Made by a program: the position numbers and the translations under genes
Shown here: piece after piece, positions 13,274-24,800 of the stretch
Numbering within the stretch: the stretch's first letter is position 1
How the letters are laid out: each line of letters begins with the position of its first letter
Notes under the pieces: generated by a model
Database searches by the model: none
Told to the model about the DNA's origin: nothing
What the model saw: only the letters and a program-made list of their open reading frames with translations
Assembly: GCA_000708835.1 (NCBI GenBank)
Contig: DF237129.1
Location: 62,001 to 126,000 of the forward strand
Direction of reading: 5' to 3'
Length of the DNA: 64,000 nucleotides
Source: Klebsormidium nitens
Taxonomy: Eukaryota; Plantae; Klebsormidiophyceae

Positions 13274-14881
13274 GGCGCCAGGGCACATTCACCTCTTCAA
13301 TTCGAGATTCAGAGAAGGCTAGGTGAGAAATGCTGGCCCAGTATCGGGTTGAAAAGCTGAAATCCGGTCCCCTATGTATTCTTGATTGCGACCAGAGAAG
13401 CTGTTTTCAGAAGTGCCTCCGGTTTGCTAAGATGGGTTGCTCAAGAAGCTAACCAAAAAGATCGCACGTACCTAGTGGGTTTCCGTAGAAGCCGTTCAAG
13501 ATGCTGGCAGACTGCCTCAGTGGTGCCGTTTCTGACCGAGCATGCACAGCGCAGAAGCTTCGCATAGAACGCTCTTCTCCGGAGAGTCCGTCTCTCTTCG
13601 GGCGATGTGCATAAGAGGTGTCCTGGCCGAAAGAACACTGCTGCTGCAATGACCCCGTCAAAGGCGCTCTTCGAAGCACGGTCGACCCAGATTTGGGTCG
13701 CCCATTCGTCAGTTTCTCACACCCAGATCTGACGCACGCCTTTCGCGCGACTTTCCGAATGCTTTAATGCTTTCGAATGCTTTCAGCATTTGCCAAGGGT
13801 GTCAATCGGTCCCACGACGAAATCTGCACATTGGCGACCCGACACCCTCGCTTGAAGTCGGACGAGGTTGCGTCAGTCGCTCATCCAAGAAAGGCGGTCC
13901 ATTCAAAAAACAAATTCGAGGCCAATTATGTATGCTTCGTCACTGGGGGAAAGTACGCCAGCTTGTTTATGACTGCAGAGACGTTTAAGATTGCGTAGAT
14001 CGTCGGATTTTGATGAGTCGGCACAAGCCTGGCTGCTTGCAGCAGGTCGACAGGTCCTTTTAGAGCTGTCTCAAGTGGCAGCATGTGGACGCGTACTGAC
14101 GTACGAAGGTTTTTAGAGTCCTGTCTGACCCGCATTGACGTTCGCGATTCCTCGATTCGATACTCAAGAGTGATGCAGCTTTGGACAATACAGAAGAACA
14201 AGACCATTTGTTGCAGCAATAAGATTAGACTCGGGTTCTATTTTTAGTAACTCTCGCACTGCAAAGAAGGTGAGCAGTGAAGAAATAAGCAGACACTGGA
14301 AGCCGCAAATAGATGACAGTAGTCACAAGGTAAGCCCAAGATCGCCCAGCAGAGATCGCACAAATCGCACCGGCCTGATTATGATGCTGCATTACAAAGT
14401 ACTACGTCCCTAAGGCTGATCAAAAATACATGTTAGGGACGAAACTCAGACAAGTTGGGTGAACGTTTTTTTGTCGACCGGTGCACTGAAAAATAACAAT
14501 TTTACTTTTTTGAGATATTTAAAACGTGAAATGGCCAAGATGAGCGCTTGGACGTTCACTGAAAAGACGAGATCAGCACAACGACTGTTGATATCATGGC
14601 CCACAGAAGTGCTTTTCGGTGATTCCCTTGTTTGTGCGCACACGTGACGCTCCGGGAAGACTAACTACCATGTACGTGTTGCCCATAAATCGTGGATCCT
14701 ATGCCAGGCTTGGACACGGAACACTTCTCGCACGGAAGCGTAGTACAAACGTCCGGCCTGAAGCGACGTCATCAGCATACAATATCTCCTGCCAGTGGGA
14801 GGTACTCTGCCAAGATTCCTGCATCTATTTCTGAAAGCATAAACTAAAAGCGGCAAGTCTAACTAAATAGCTGGGGGGGTT

Positions 14882-15328
14882 CGGGGGGGCGGCAGCCCCC
14901 CCGTTTTTTAGAGGAACAAGTTCGGTCTGATGGACCCTCAGACTGCCCAGCGACCTAACAACTTTTATGCAGTATGTACGTAACCTGCCCATGCGAAAAA
15001 ACATACGCGAAATGAGCGATACTGAAGGCCGCCCAAAAGAATGGTTTTGCCCGGGCTCGAACCGGGGACCTTTCGCGGGCTCTGCAGACGCCGAGGTGAC
15101 GTTATTTGTGAGGCGAACGTGATAACCAACTACACCACAAAACCGGGGGTGTTGCGGTTGGGCGCAATTAAGATTATGTACACATAGTATTGCTGAAGTT
15201 CTATGTATCGGGGGGGCGAACGCCCCCGCTTTCGTTATGTACGTTGTGGACGCACCTACGCACCGCTAGAGCTCGCGATCACATTCATCTTCAGTACACA
15301 ATCGGGGGGGTGTGACCCCCCCCCCCGA
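14882..15328. repeat. Three G-run/C-run hairpins flanking the tRNA (14882-14903, 15209-15228, 15302-15328)
   Basis: CGGGGGGGC-GGCA-GCCCCCCCG followed by T6; GGGGGC-GAAC-GCCCCC; GGGGGGGT-GTG-ACCCCCCC. Confidence 0.8.
15042..15144 (-). tRNA. trnV-CAC: tRNA-Val(CAC) with a 29-nt intron at canonical 37/38 (intron 15106-15078)
   Basis: Minus strand: GGTTTTG acceptor stem pairs CAAAACC, D arm GTGTAGTTGGTTATCAC, anticodon stem TTCGC/GCGAA, loop CT-CAC-A[intron]C, T arm CCCGG-TTCGAGC-CCGGG. C32 can pair with the antepenultimate intron G (A-I pair). TTTT Pol III terminator at 15038-15035. Confidence 0.93.
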
Positions 15329-15527
15329 ATCTCCTCGCTTCTCCTCTCAATTGAATTTCCGGTAGCATTCACCGCCCATACGTCTACCAGTCAGAACAAG
15401 GGGTTGCCGGCACTCCCCGGGCCGGAGCTCCGGCCCCCCCGGCCCGCTGAGCGGCTCTCGCCTGTCAATGTCATGAGTTGGAACCAAATTGGCATTCAAG
15501 GCGTGAGCTCGCTGGGTCGCTGGAGCT

Positions 15528-18500
15528 ATGGCGGATCCAGAGCGTGGCGGTCGGGTCGAGACCCCGTCTCCCTCCAGCTTGACAATCCCTTTGCTGGAGG
15601 ACGAAGCTGCCAAGGGCCCAAAAGCTCCTGATGGAGGGATCTCGTGGCTGTCCGTCTTCAATCTCGCAAATGCAGCGATTGGGGCGGGTGTCCTTGCATT
15701 CCCCTATGCCTTCAGGTGAGAATGTCAGCTGACAGCTGGCAGACAGCTGTTTGTGCTGCTGCAACCTGTACACAGCTGCTTGATCAGATGGGTATTTTGA
15801 CGCTCTGAACCTGATTCAGAGACCTGAGCCAAGTGTGCTGATCGTGAGACATTGACTGCCTGATCGCTGGTTACTTGAACAAATATAAGCGTGAAATTGA
15901 TGGTCAATTCTCCATTCTGCTTTCTGATCGGCTCGAACAAAGCCCTTCTGAGGCGGCGCACTGCTGGTAGAATAGGACCTGAGCATGCTCTGCTTTTAAT
16001 CACCAGTCGATCGCTCTCAAGGCTGAAGTGATCTTAATTCATGTGAGCTGACAAGCTAGACTCCAGCTGTAATATTTCAAATGGGCACAAAGACAGCTGT
16101 CATAGCTTTGCAATGTGCGTAGCATTACACGTGCTTCACATGAGAGTCCGTAAGAATGTACGGTTGAATGGTTGATGGTTGATCACGGCACGCCAGCTGT
16201 CAATCAAATGTGCTAGCCCACTCGCTTGGGCAGTGACGATGGCTCGCAGCATTGCTACTTGATAATGAGACAAGAGAACACGTCATGGGCTGCCAATCAT
16301 TGAAACACCGTTCTGCCCATCTACAGATTCTCACATCTTGCCCTGGCCGTCGGAGATAGTGCATTGCCCATTTAGGGAGTTGGAGCCCTGCCCTTGAGCT
16401 AGATTAAACGCCCACCTGGGCCACCTTCTAACTTTTAATGCTTTTGCCTCACTTAGTGTTGAGGGTCAAAGATTGAACCCAAAATAGAAGATATCCAGCT
16501 CCGCTGTACCCAATGGTCAACTCCCAGACCCGAAACCCAGCCCTGTGGGGTCTTCGATCGCACAGTTTGTGAACCTTCTGAAACCAAGCCTTGAGGACAT
16601 CACCACAGTGACTGTGCAAATGAGTCTCCCCGTCCAATCCACTTCTCACCTGATAAAGTAGATTACATTGGCTTCCTGCAGGGAAGCAGGCGTTTTTGGG
16701 GGCCTTGCCGCCACATTCATCATTGCTATCATCGAGATTTCCGCACTGTGTGTCCTCACACGATCGGCGCAGCGCTTTTCTGCCCCTAGCTACCAAGTGA
16801 GTGACTGAGCATTTCTACATACATCTACTTCTTAGGATTGTACTTGCGTAAAAATGGTCCAATCACCTGTCCAAGGAAAGCATCTGATCAAGCCAGCATA
16901 CAAATCTTGTCAAAGCATGCTAACTTAGGAACTGCTTACACAGAGCGTTCATACAACGTGCTTGTAATACCCGAGCAGCCTCTTGAGCTCGTGACAACAC
17001 AAGCGATTGGAGAAAGCTTGCAGCAGCTGACAAGAAGTGGCTGTCGGTGCAGCTTGGCCTGGGTTGCAGTTGGCTTACCCAACCTCAGGACAGAGGGGCA
17101 CAACTGCTCGCCGCTGATATTGGTCGAGTGGGCTAAGGTCTTAGCATGCACCAAGGTGACAGGGGTAGACATTTTGAAAGCAGAAACGGAGCATAAAAGA
17201 TCCAATCTGAGAGTCCTCTTTTCCTTGCCAACAGGAACTCGTGTACACTGCGCTTGGTCAGCGCGTCTCCAACCTAGTGTCGTCCTTCATGTGGATCTAC
17301 CTCTTTGGCAGCTGCGTCGCTTATCTGATCATCATTGGTAAGCCGAAACAGATTTGGGACGGCTGATGCTCCTTGTGCCCGCTTCTTCCTTCCGAGAGTG
17401 TTTCAACAAAAGTCGTCAAAGTGGGTTCACGCGGGCACCAGGTTCTCAGTGAGAATTGTGTCAGTCAGGAGGAGTTGCGACATTTGTAAAGGTCTAAGGG
17501 CGGACAAACCGGGCTATATCTCACAGAATTCTGCTCAACGTTCAGATGCCAACAACATGCCAGAATATATTTGTCTTTTTAAAGTGAACAAATCATCAAC
17601 TGCCTGTCAACCGCATCTCAAGCATCCCAGACATTTCCTAACCATGCATCTTCTCACATTTTGCAGGCGATGTTTTCCAGCCCGCAGCGCAAACCCTCTT
17701 TGGCGCCTCCCACTTCCTCGCGCAGCGCTGGGTGGTCCTCTCGCTCTTTGCGGTCCTTGTGGTTCTGCCCCTCTGCCTCAAGCGCACTCTCCGCTCACTG
17801 GGAGTCGTCAGCTCGATCGCTCCGACGACGCTCATCTACCTAGCGATTGCAATCCTGTTGTACGGGGCGCGGCGGGTGGTTGTGACGGGCGGAATACCAG
17901 ATGACGTAAGCATTCCGAGTCCTCACGTCCTTCGAGAATTCTTGCTGATCTGGGACCGTCGGGCTTGTTGCATTGTCAGCTTCTGGTGTCGCTGACGTCA
18001 GTTGTACGGAGAAGCGGCATGGATGCCCGGTCGAGGGCCGCAAAACCGTCCGAATGGCTGCTGGGCTTGTGTGACCAACGATATGAAGATTGCTGCTGTC
18101 GCCTAAGAGCAAAGTAATCTTACGAAGACTAATCGAGAAGCCAGGGGTTGCTGTTTAGATCAACGATGTTCAGACCGGCGGCCTGTTTCGATGTAACCTA
18201 TACAAGTTCTCAGGCAAAGCGCCGCTGGAACCGCTGCCTTTCTTCTGTGCATGTGGCTGAAGCAAAGAAATTTGGATCTTCATCCTCCAACTCCTCGAAA
18301 AGTCATCGTCCCCAATGGGAGAACGTCGAGCAAAGCAACCGATCGACGGTGGAGTTCGTCTCTTTCATGCTATCTTCCAAACTTGGAATAACAGACTGGT
18401 TGATTGGCGTATGCAGGTGGTGCTCTTTGGAACATTTACCGGGTACTGCAAGGCCGCCCCTATCGTAGTCTTCGCTTTCCAGTGCCACATACAGGTGAGC

Positions 18501-20933
18501 AGCAATCCGGTTATACTTTCAAAGCCAGCACTGTTACCCTGCAAGGATCTTTGACTGCTACGCCGTCGTTGAAGTTTTCTTTCAACGGTAGCTTTCAACG
18601 TACCCTTTCTACACGGTTACACTCAGAACTCCAGCTCTCATACATAGCCGACTTTGTCCCCGCACGCATTTGTCAGGCAATCACGTGACCGATTGTGACT
18701 TTCTGAGCAGAACAGGAAGCTGAATTTTAGTACCATCAGGCAGTAGCCTCCTTCATGCTCTGTCTCGATGCACAATCTTGTCATGTGTCGTGAGCTTCCG
18801 TTTTCAGGAGCTATCAAAAAATAAAGAAAAGGTTTCCATAATTTCGTTGTTTGCCTTACAATGATCACGACAGTCCTGCATAAAGAAGTAAACCACTTAT
18901 GAGTTTCCTGGCCCGTCGAGTACCCATCCATTTTGAGCAAACTTGGATTCAATCTCAATAAGTCGGCTTCTCAATGACAAGCAGTACCCTCTCATTCAAC
19001 AAAGTACACCTCTTCCCGCAGTGCATGCCCATCTTCTCGGAGCTCGTCCACCATTACACGAAAGGTGTGAACCCACTCGACGCGGAAAAGTGGTCCGTCG
19101 TGCGCCGTCAGATCATCGTCTCCATGGATAAGGTCATCCTCCTGGCCCTAGGCACGTGCCTCGTCGGCTACAGCCTGGTGAGGTTTCTTCCATGACGGAC
19201 CTTTTCAGGAATGACGGGAGCCAGGAATAATAAGCCCCAGCTAACACTGAAACCTTGACCCAAATTACTTGCCCCGCACCCGTACCCACCCTCACCCCAA
19301 ATAAACTCCACCCGATTCAGGCTGGCTAGCTTGATATTCCTGCCGCTAATTGATCTGAGTTTAACCGAGCTGTTTATTCCGGACGCTTCTGGGGTTTTCG
19401 AAACATGTGCTTCAAAACGGCGCGTTGGCTACAGCTTGTTGAGCTCTATCCGGACGCTTCGGGGTCTTCGTATTGATAGGTTATATCGAGGCGTCCCGCA
19501 TTGTTGCAGTCCATGGCTAGAAAATAGTCAATGAGGGGCCTTCATCTCGACAGTTGATCCTTTCTGACCGCCTCTAAAGATGTTCCCACGTCTTACGAAC
19601 CCGCAGTGTCAAGCGACTGCCTTTGAACTTCTTTGATTTAGCGCCTAGTTGAATCTTGTGGTTGAACCCTGATACTCGAGGACTCCACGCCTTTACTCGG
19701 ACGTCAAGTGGTTGACGTCAGTTTCAGATCTGACGTCAGCATGCGAAAGGTTGCAGGTTGGCGCGTTCGGCTACATCGCGATCCCGGACGTCCAAAGTGA
19801 CGTCCTCAGCAGTTTCGGCGAGGACAATCTGGTCATGTACGTGGCGCGCGTCGGCATGGGCCTGGTGAGCAGCGGTTGCTCGCCTCTTGATCTCGTTTAG
19901 CTAAGTTACTATTGTATGGTTGTGTGTATGAGTGCGCTCCTTCTGATGTCTACTCGTTTGCCGTCTACTTCGGAGTAAGTCGGTATGCATTCCCTCCTGT
20001 CTATCCATACATCATCGACATTTTGCTTGGGTTGCCATATGCTCTTCATCAGCTGGTCGTTTATTTCGCTCTCGGACTCCTCGCAATTCGCAGTGCCTTC
20101 CTTTTCTACCCTCGGCTTGTCAACTACTGTGCTTCCAACCTGATTCTCGGAGTTTTCCTTAAATTTACAGGAGCCCTTATTGGACCTGACCAACCATGTT
20201 ATATCGTTCTCTTCTTACGTCTTCATCTTTTGTCCGCCAGGTGGCGATCGTTTCGTACCCGATCAACCACTTCCCGGCGCGTCTCATCGAGATGTCCGTC
20301 CTCAACTTCTTCTGGCCCCTCCCAAACCCTTACGATCCCAAAAGATACATGCTGCGGTTCAACATCCTGACAGTTGCTTACGTGGCGGTGACGTTAGCAG
20401 TCGCCATCGCCGTGCAAGATCTGGGTCAGGTATACATGGTCATCGGGTCAACCGGTGGCGTTCTGGTCATTTTCATAATGCCGGGGATTTTGCTTCTGGA
20501 TGCCGCGGGGATGCTTCCGAGCCGACGACGGACGCTGGTGTCAAGGCCCTGGGTTACCTCAGAGGCGGAGGGATCTGACACCACAGAAAGAGCGAAACCG
20601 GAGGTGGAATCCGGGCAGTCAAGCAGGCGGGTTAGCGAGTCCGGTATACTCGTAGTCGAGGGTCGGTCAGAGTATGAGGAAGCGAGTGCGAGAGGCGAGG
20701 GATCCCCCTCCATACAAACGATCCCGTCCCCTCATTTCACCAGCATCCCGCATGTGGGTCAGAGGCCATCGGAAGAGTCGGATGAAGCCGAGTCCGACTA
20801 TACGTATCTCGGGAAGTCGCAGCGGAGTCTGGCCGCGCTATGGGCGTTCCTCATGATTTTCATGGGGGGCCTTATCTTCGGCGTGACCGTATGGATAGTC
20901 GTAGTCAAACGAGGTGGGATGGCAAGCTTTTGA
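15528..20933 (+). CDS. Amino acid transporter, Aa_trans/AAAP family (AVT6/SLC38-like); exons 15528-15715, 16682-16796, 17235-17337, 17667-17905, 18417-18494, 19022-19177, 19757-19864, 20241-20933
   Basis: SVFNLANAAIGAGVLAFPYAFR/EAGVFGGL..SYQ/ELVYTALG..LFGSCVAYLIIIG/DVF..VLPLCLKRTLRSLG../APIVVFAFQCHIQ/CMPIFSEL../VGAFGY..QSDVLSSF/VAIVSYPINHFPAR. All GT-AG junctions in phase, multiple TM helices. Confidence 0.92.
19233..19314 (+). repeat. Copy 1 of short CA-rich dispersed intronic element
   Basis: ctaacac..aaacct..accc..aaat.ac..ccgcaccc-gtaccc-accctca-cccc-aaataaa-ctccacccg aligns with copies at 23.1 and 31.3 kb. Confidence 0.55.
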
Positions 20934-21896
20934 CAGGTAGAACAGCTCAACTTGACACATGCTCGCGCCTTAAGTTGGGCGGTATGCGATCGCTCAGACT
21001 CTTACGGACTTGATCTGAGACTTTGTGCAATTCACCATTGAATCAGAAGCAACATAATTTACAACATCCCGGCAGCTGGCTGCCAGGGTTGCCCTCGTGT
21101 TTCAGCTTGGCGACCATGTGAGCCGCTAGCTGTTAAATGTTCATTGCCGCTGGCTGGCCTGGTAGACGGGTATATGCTACGCATAATTAACTGCAGCCTG
21201 TAGTAGGTATTTTCAAGCCATTGCGATAAAAGGTCCCGTTGGCCACGCTCCCCTTGCATAGTGGCAAGTGCGTGCTGTGCGCAGTAAATGACATGGCGCA
21301 TGTGTGCATGTCGACTATTTTCGCGCCCGGAGCCGCTGCATCAGAGCGCCTATCTATACAGTTACCCCTGCCAGGCCAGCCCTCGCCCAGCCAAGCTAGA
21401 TTTTTTGCGGAATCTGGTACAGTCGGAGACGATCAATTAGAAATACTAGGCAACGAAAAATTGTTTGTCCAAGGGGAATGGATTTGTGCAAGCGAGAGGA
21501 CCTACTTGCCTTACAGATCCTCATGCTCCACATTTCAATGCAGCAACGGAATCCGTGACTGGCATACGTCAACCAACACGTACTATGCACCCCTATAGAT
21601 TCTTCTTCCACCACGTACTGTGCACCCCCAGCCTCTTCTTACCACCGCGTTCTCAACTTAAACCCCATGGCTTCAAATTTTATCACAATATACACCGAGA
21701 ACTGGCGAAGCACCGGGCCGCCCATGCGCGTGAAGGGGCCTCTTTATTTCCAAAGGTACAAACCCTTTCTGCCAATGATCACATCGAATCGACGGGTCTT
21801 GCAAGGCCCCCGGCCTGCATCTGCCTGGAACCGAGTAGCTGATTCTAAAGAACCCTCTGACATTTAGGGCCCGTTTCAGTATCACTAAGCCAGCGT

Positions 21897-24800
21897 TCAT
21901 GCGAAGTTGCAGGCAGCGGACGCCCCAGAGGCGCAGCCCGCGTTCTTGATCGTGATTGGGAAAACGTTGGTCCCTTCCACGAAGCTCAGAAGACGGCGCA
22001 GGGTGGCGACGTGTCCCACCCTCTCTGTGGGGCTGTCGGGGTTGGTTCCGAAGCGGCTGCGCGCGCAGTCGGGCGCCAGCAGAGATGACGTGCGGTACTC
22101 GTCGTCGGATCCTTCGACCTGGGAAACAGATGGACGGCCACGATTTGCAGAGTCGCACAGGAAGTTTTGGCTGCTAACCAGGCTGTTTTATCAGACTTGA
22201 CTCTCAGGTTATTGGACACGTAACCAGTCTTCAACCGTTGATTTAAGCCTGGTGACCGCCCAAGTCTGGTCGATTGACAGTTAACCTCTTCTTAACAAGC
22301 CCATAACCATCCGTGGTCAAGGACCCAAAATCCCTGTGTGGTAGAGGGGAGGGGATAGACGATTTCAAGAGCGGGGCAAACGGACGGGTGAGAGCAACAT
22401 TCAAAGTGACGCTTCGGAGTGCGGCAATGGACGGACTGTATCAGACCAAGTACTGTAGTGAGGTACGAGTAAGAGACGAAGAGAAGAATATCGGCTGTCT
22501 GTGGGATCTACAGTCGCCCGCTCTGAACCTCTGAACCAACCATCTTTCCATGCTGTTTGGCGCGGGATATCTGAGCAGCATGCTTAAATGGTCATCAGGA
22601 TTGAATTGGCCACAGAGAGATCGACAGGATCCTATTAGAGACGGCCGTTATGTGCTTTCCGCCACAGGCAAGCTTGATGCTGATAGGTAGTTCAAGAAAA
22701 ATGCGATCAACCGCTTTGCTTTGCAGCTTTCACACAACGGCGGACCTGATCTTGCGGCATGACTTAAACTGAGCAATAGTCGGAGTATGCTTCGGTCCAA
22801 TCTAAATTCGAACGGCACAAAAAGCGGAGCTGGCGAATGGGGGCGAGGAACTCACGACTTCAGCGGCCTGCATTTGGGGGCCGTTCACCTTCATAGCGGC
22901 AGCGATGACGTCGGCCCGGGAAGGCTGCAGAGGCGCAGAAGTACAGTCTTTCAGGTCAAAACTGTGCAAATTGTGAATAAGGGGCCAAGCTGGAGAACGT
23001 CAGCGTTTGGATGCAGCTTGCGGTGGGCGCCTCATGGAAATACTGGCACTCTAAAATATACCAACAGGAGATTGCGTTGAAGTACATCAGCCCCGGGCAC
23101 TAGCTAAAAGTCCTAACCCAAAAACTGACGCGCTCCGCACCCACACACACCCTAACCCCCCAACCAACCCACCCGTCCTCCGGATGATTATCGCAATGCA
23201 ATGCGCCGTTGATGCAACTCGACAGTTACCAGGATTTGTTGGAAAGCCAAGCTGCGCACCGTCATCAGCGGGTGATCATTGCCAAGGAGGGATATTCCCG
23301 GACTCGGATATCTCTGAGGGCCAAGAGCGAAAACCCTCACAGGAAAAAATGGCGCGAATTTTTGGAATCCTGGTTTATGCCTTTCTCGGTCCGATTGAAA
23401 GCTGCGAAGCTTTCTTAGCCTTCGTACGGGATCGAACGCGCGGGCTAGCTGACCTGCTTGATCAGCGCTGGCATCCGTTTCTGTCCCGTTACAGCAGGAT
23501 ACCTGAAAGGGTGCTAACCGGAGTCTCCGTACATCCTACATTCAGAACTTCCATTCGGAGCATTCCTTTGCATAGATTGGGTTCCAACGACGCCCCGCCC
23601 TTACCTGGAATGTCTGGCCCAGAACGCCGTGCACCTCCGAGGTTGCGTGGATCCAGTTGATGGCCCAGTCGAGGTGCTTGCCTGCGCAGATGGACTCTTC
23701 TGCCGTGAGGTTCGTTTGTCCCCTTTCTTACAAGCTTTGGTACTAGCGATTCTACTAGATATGCATCATCAGGGGCTGTTCACTTGGGCCCTTTTTGCAT
23801 GGTTGGTCAAATTGAGCAAGAGGCCGTTGTCTCGGATCTGCCATCAAGGTTGCGCTGGTGCCCACTCACACTGGGACACTGTGTGCTTATATTCTCTTAT
23901 AAGCTTCTGGCTGCGGACGTATTGGGGGCCCTGCCTTTGATAAGCACCAGCTTGTGAGCAGTCAGAATCCAAGAAGGACGATTGAGCGGCAGGGGTTGTT
24001 GACCCTCAAACGGAGCGCCTGTTTGAGACGCGGGCTTCGCCTAAACAAGGTCAGATGGATCCCCAGTCCCCCCAGCGTACATAAGACTTCCATAAGAAAG
24101 CCACGTGTCAGAGTGGGATGGCGCCACGTACCCGTGGGCAGGTCGTGGTTGTCGGTGGTGATCGTCATGTTGGCCAGGCCTTCCACGACGAGAACGACGG
24201 CGAAACCGTTCTCTTCCGCCATGGAGAGCTCGATCCCCGCATCGGGAGACGCGAACACCCGGAGGGGGCCGAAGTTGTCGCAGGCGGAACGACCGGTGAA
24301 AGCATCAGGCGCGAGGGGCCGTCCATCCAACTCGATGCCGAAATTGGCGTCGTCATCGGAGGGGACGTCCTGAGGATTCGAATGCTTGGACAAAGTCAGG
24401 GCTGTTGTTGGGCGGGGAGTTGCGTGCGGGGATTGAGGGAACTCTGGACGGAGGTTTTTACTCTCAGGGGTGTTTGAAATAAGGGGACGAGCAAACGTCA
24501 AGTCTGCAGCGGAATCACAATCCCAGGAAACTGCCTCAGCAATACAATAACGTTCCTAAGCATCACCTAAGAGCTCCTTCGGACATGGAGCTTGCTCTTG
24601 CTTTACACCTTCGACGTAAGCAAATGCAGAAGATTCGCGCATCGAAGACAATGGTCCACGTGAGTAAGACCTTCTTGTCCTGCCATTGAGTTTAATTGGA
24701 ACAAGAGCAGCCCGGATCAATAAGAGGATTTTACATTGGTTCACCTGATTCAGCTGGAAGCTGACTTCGTGCACAGAATCCCCAATCTTGTACAGCAGTG

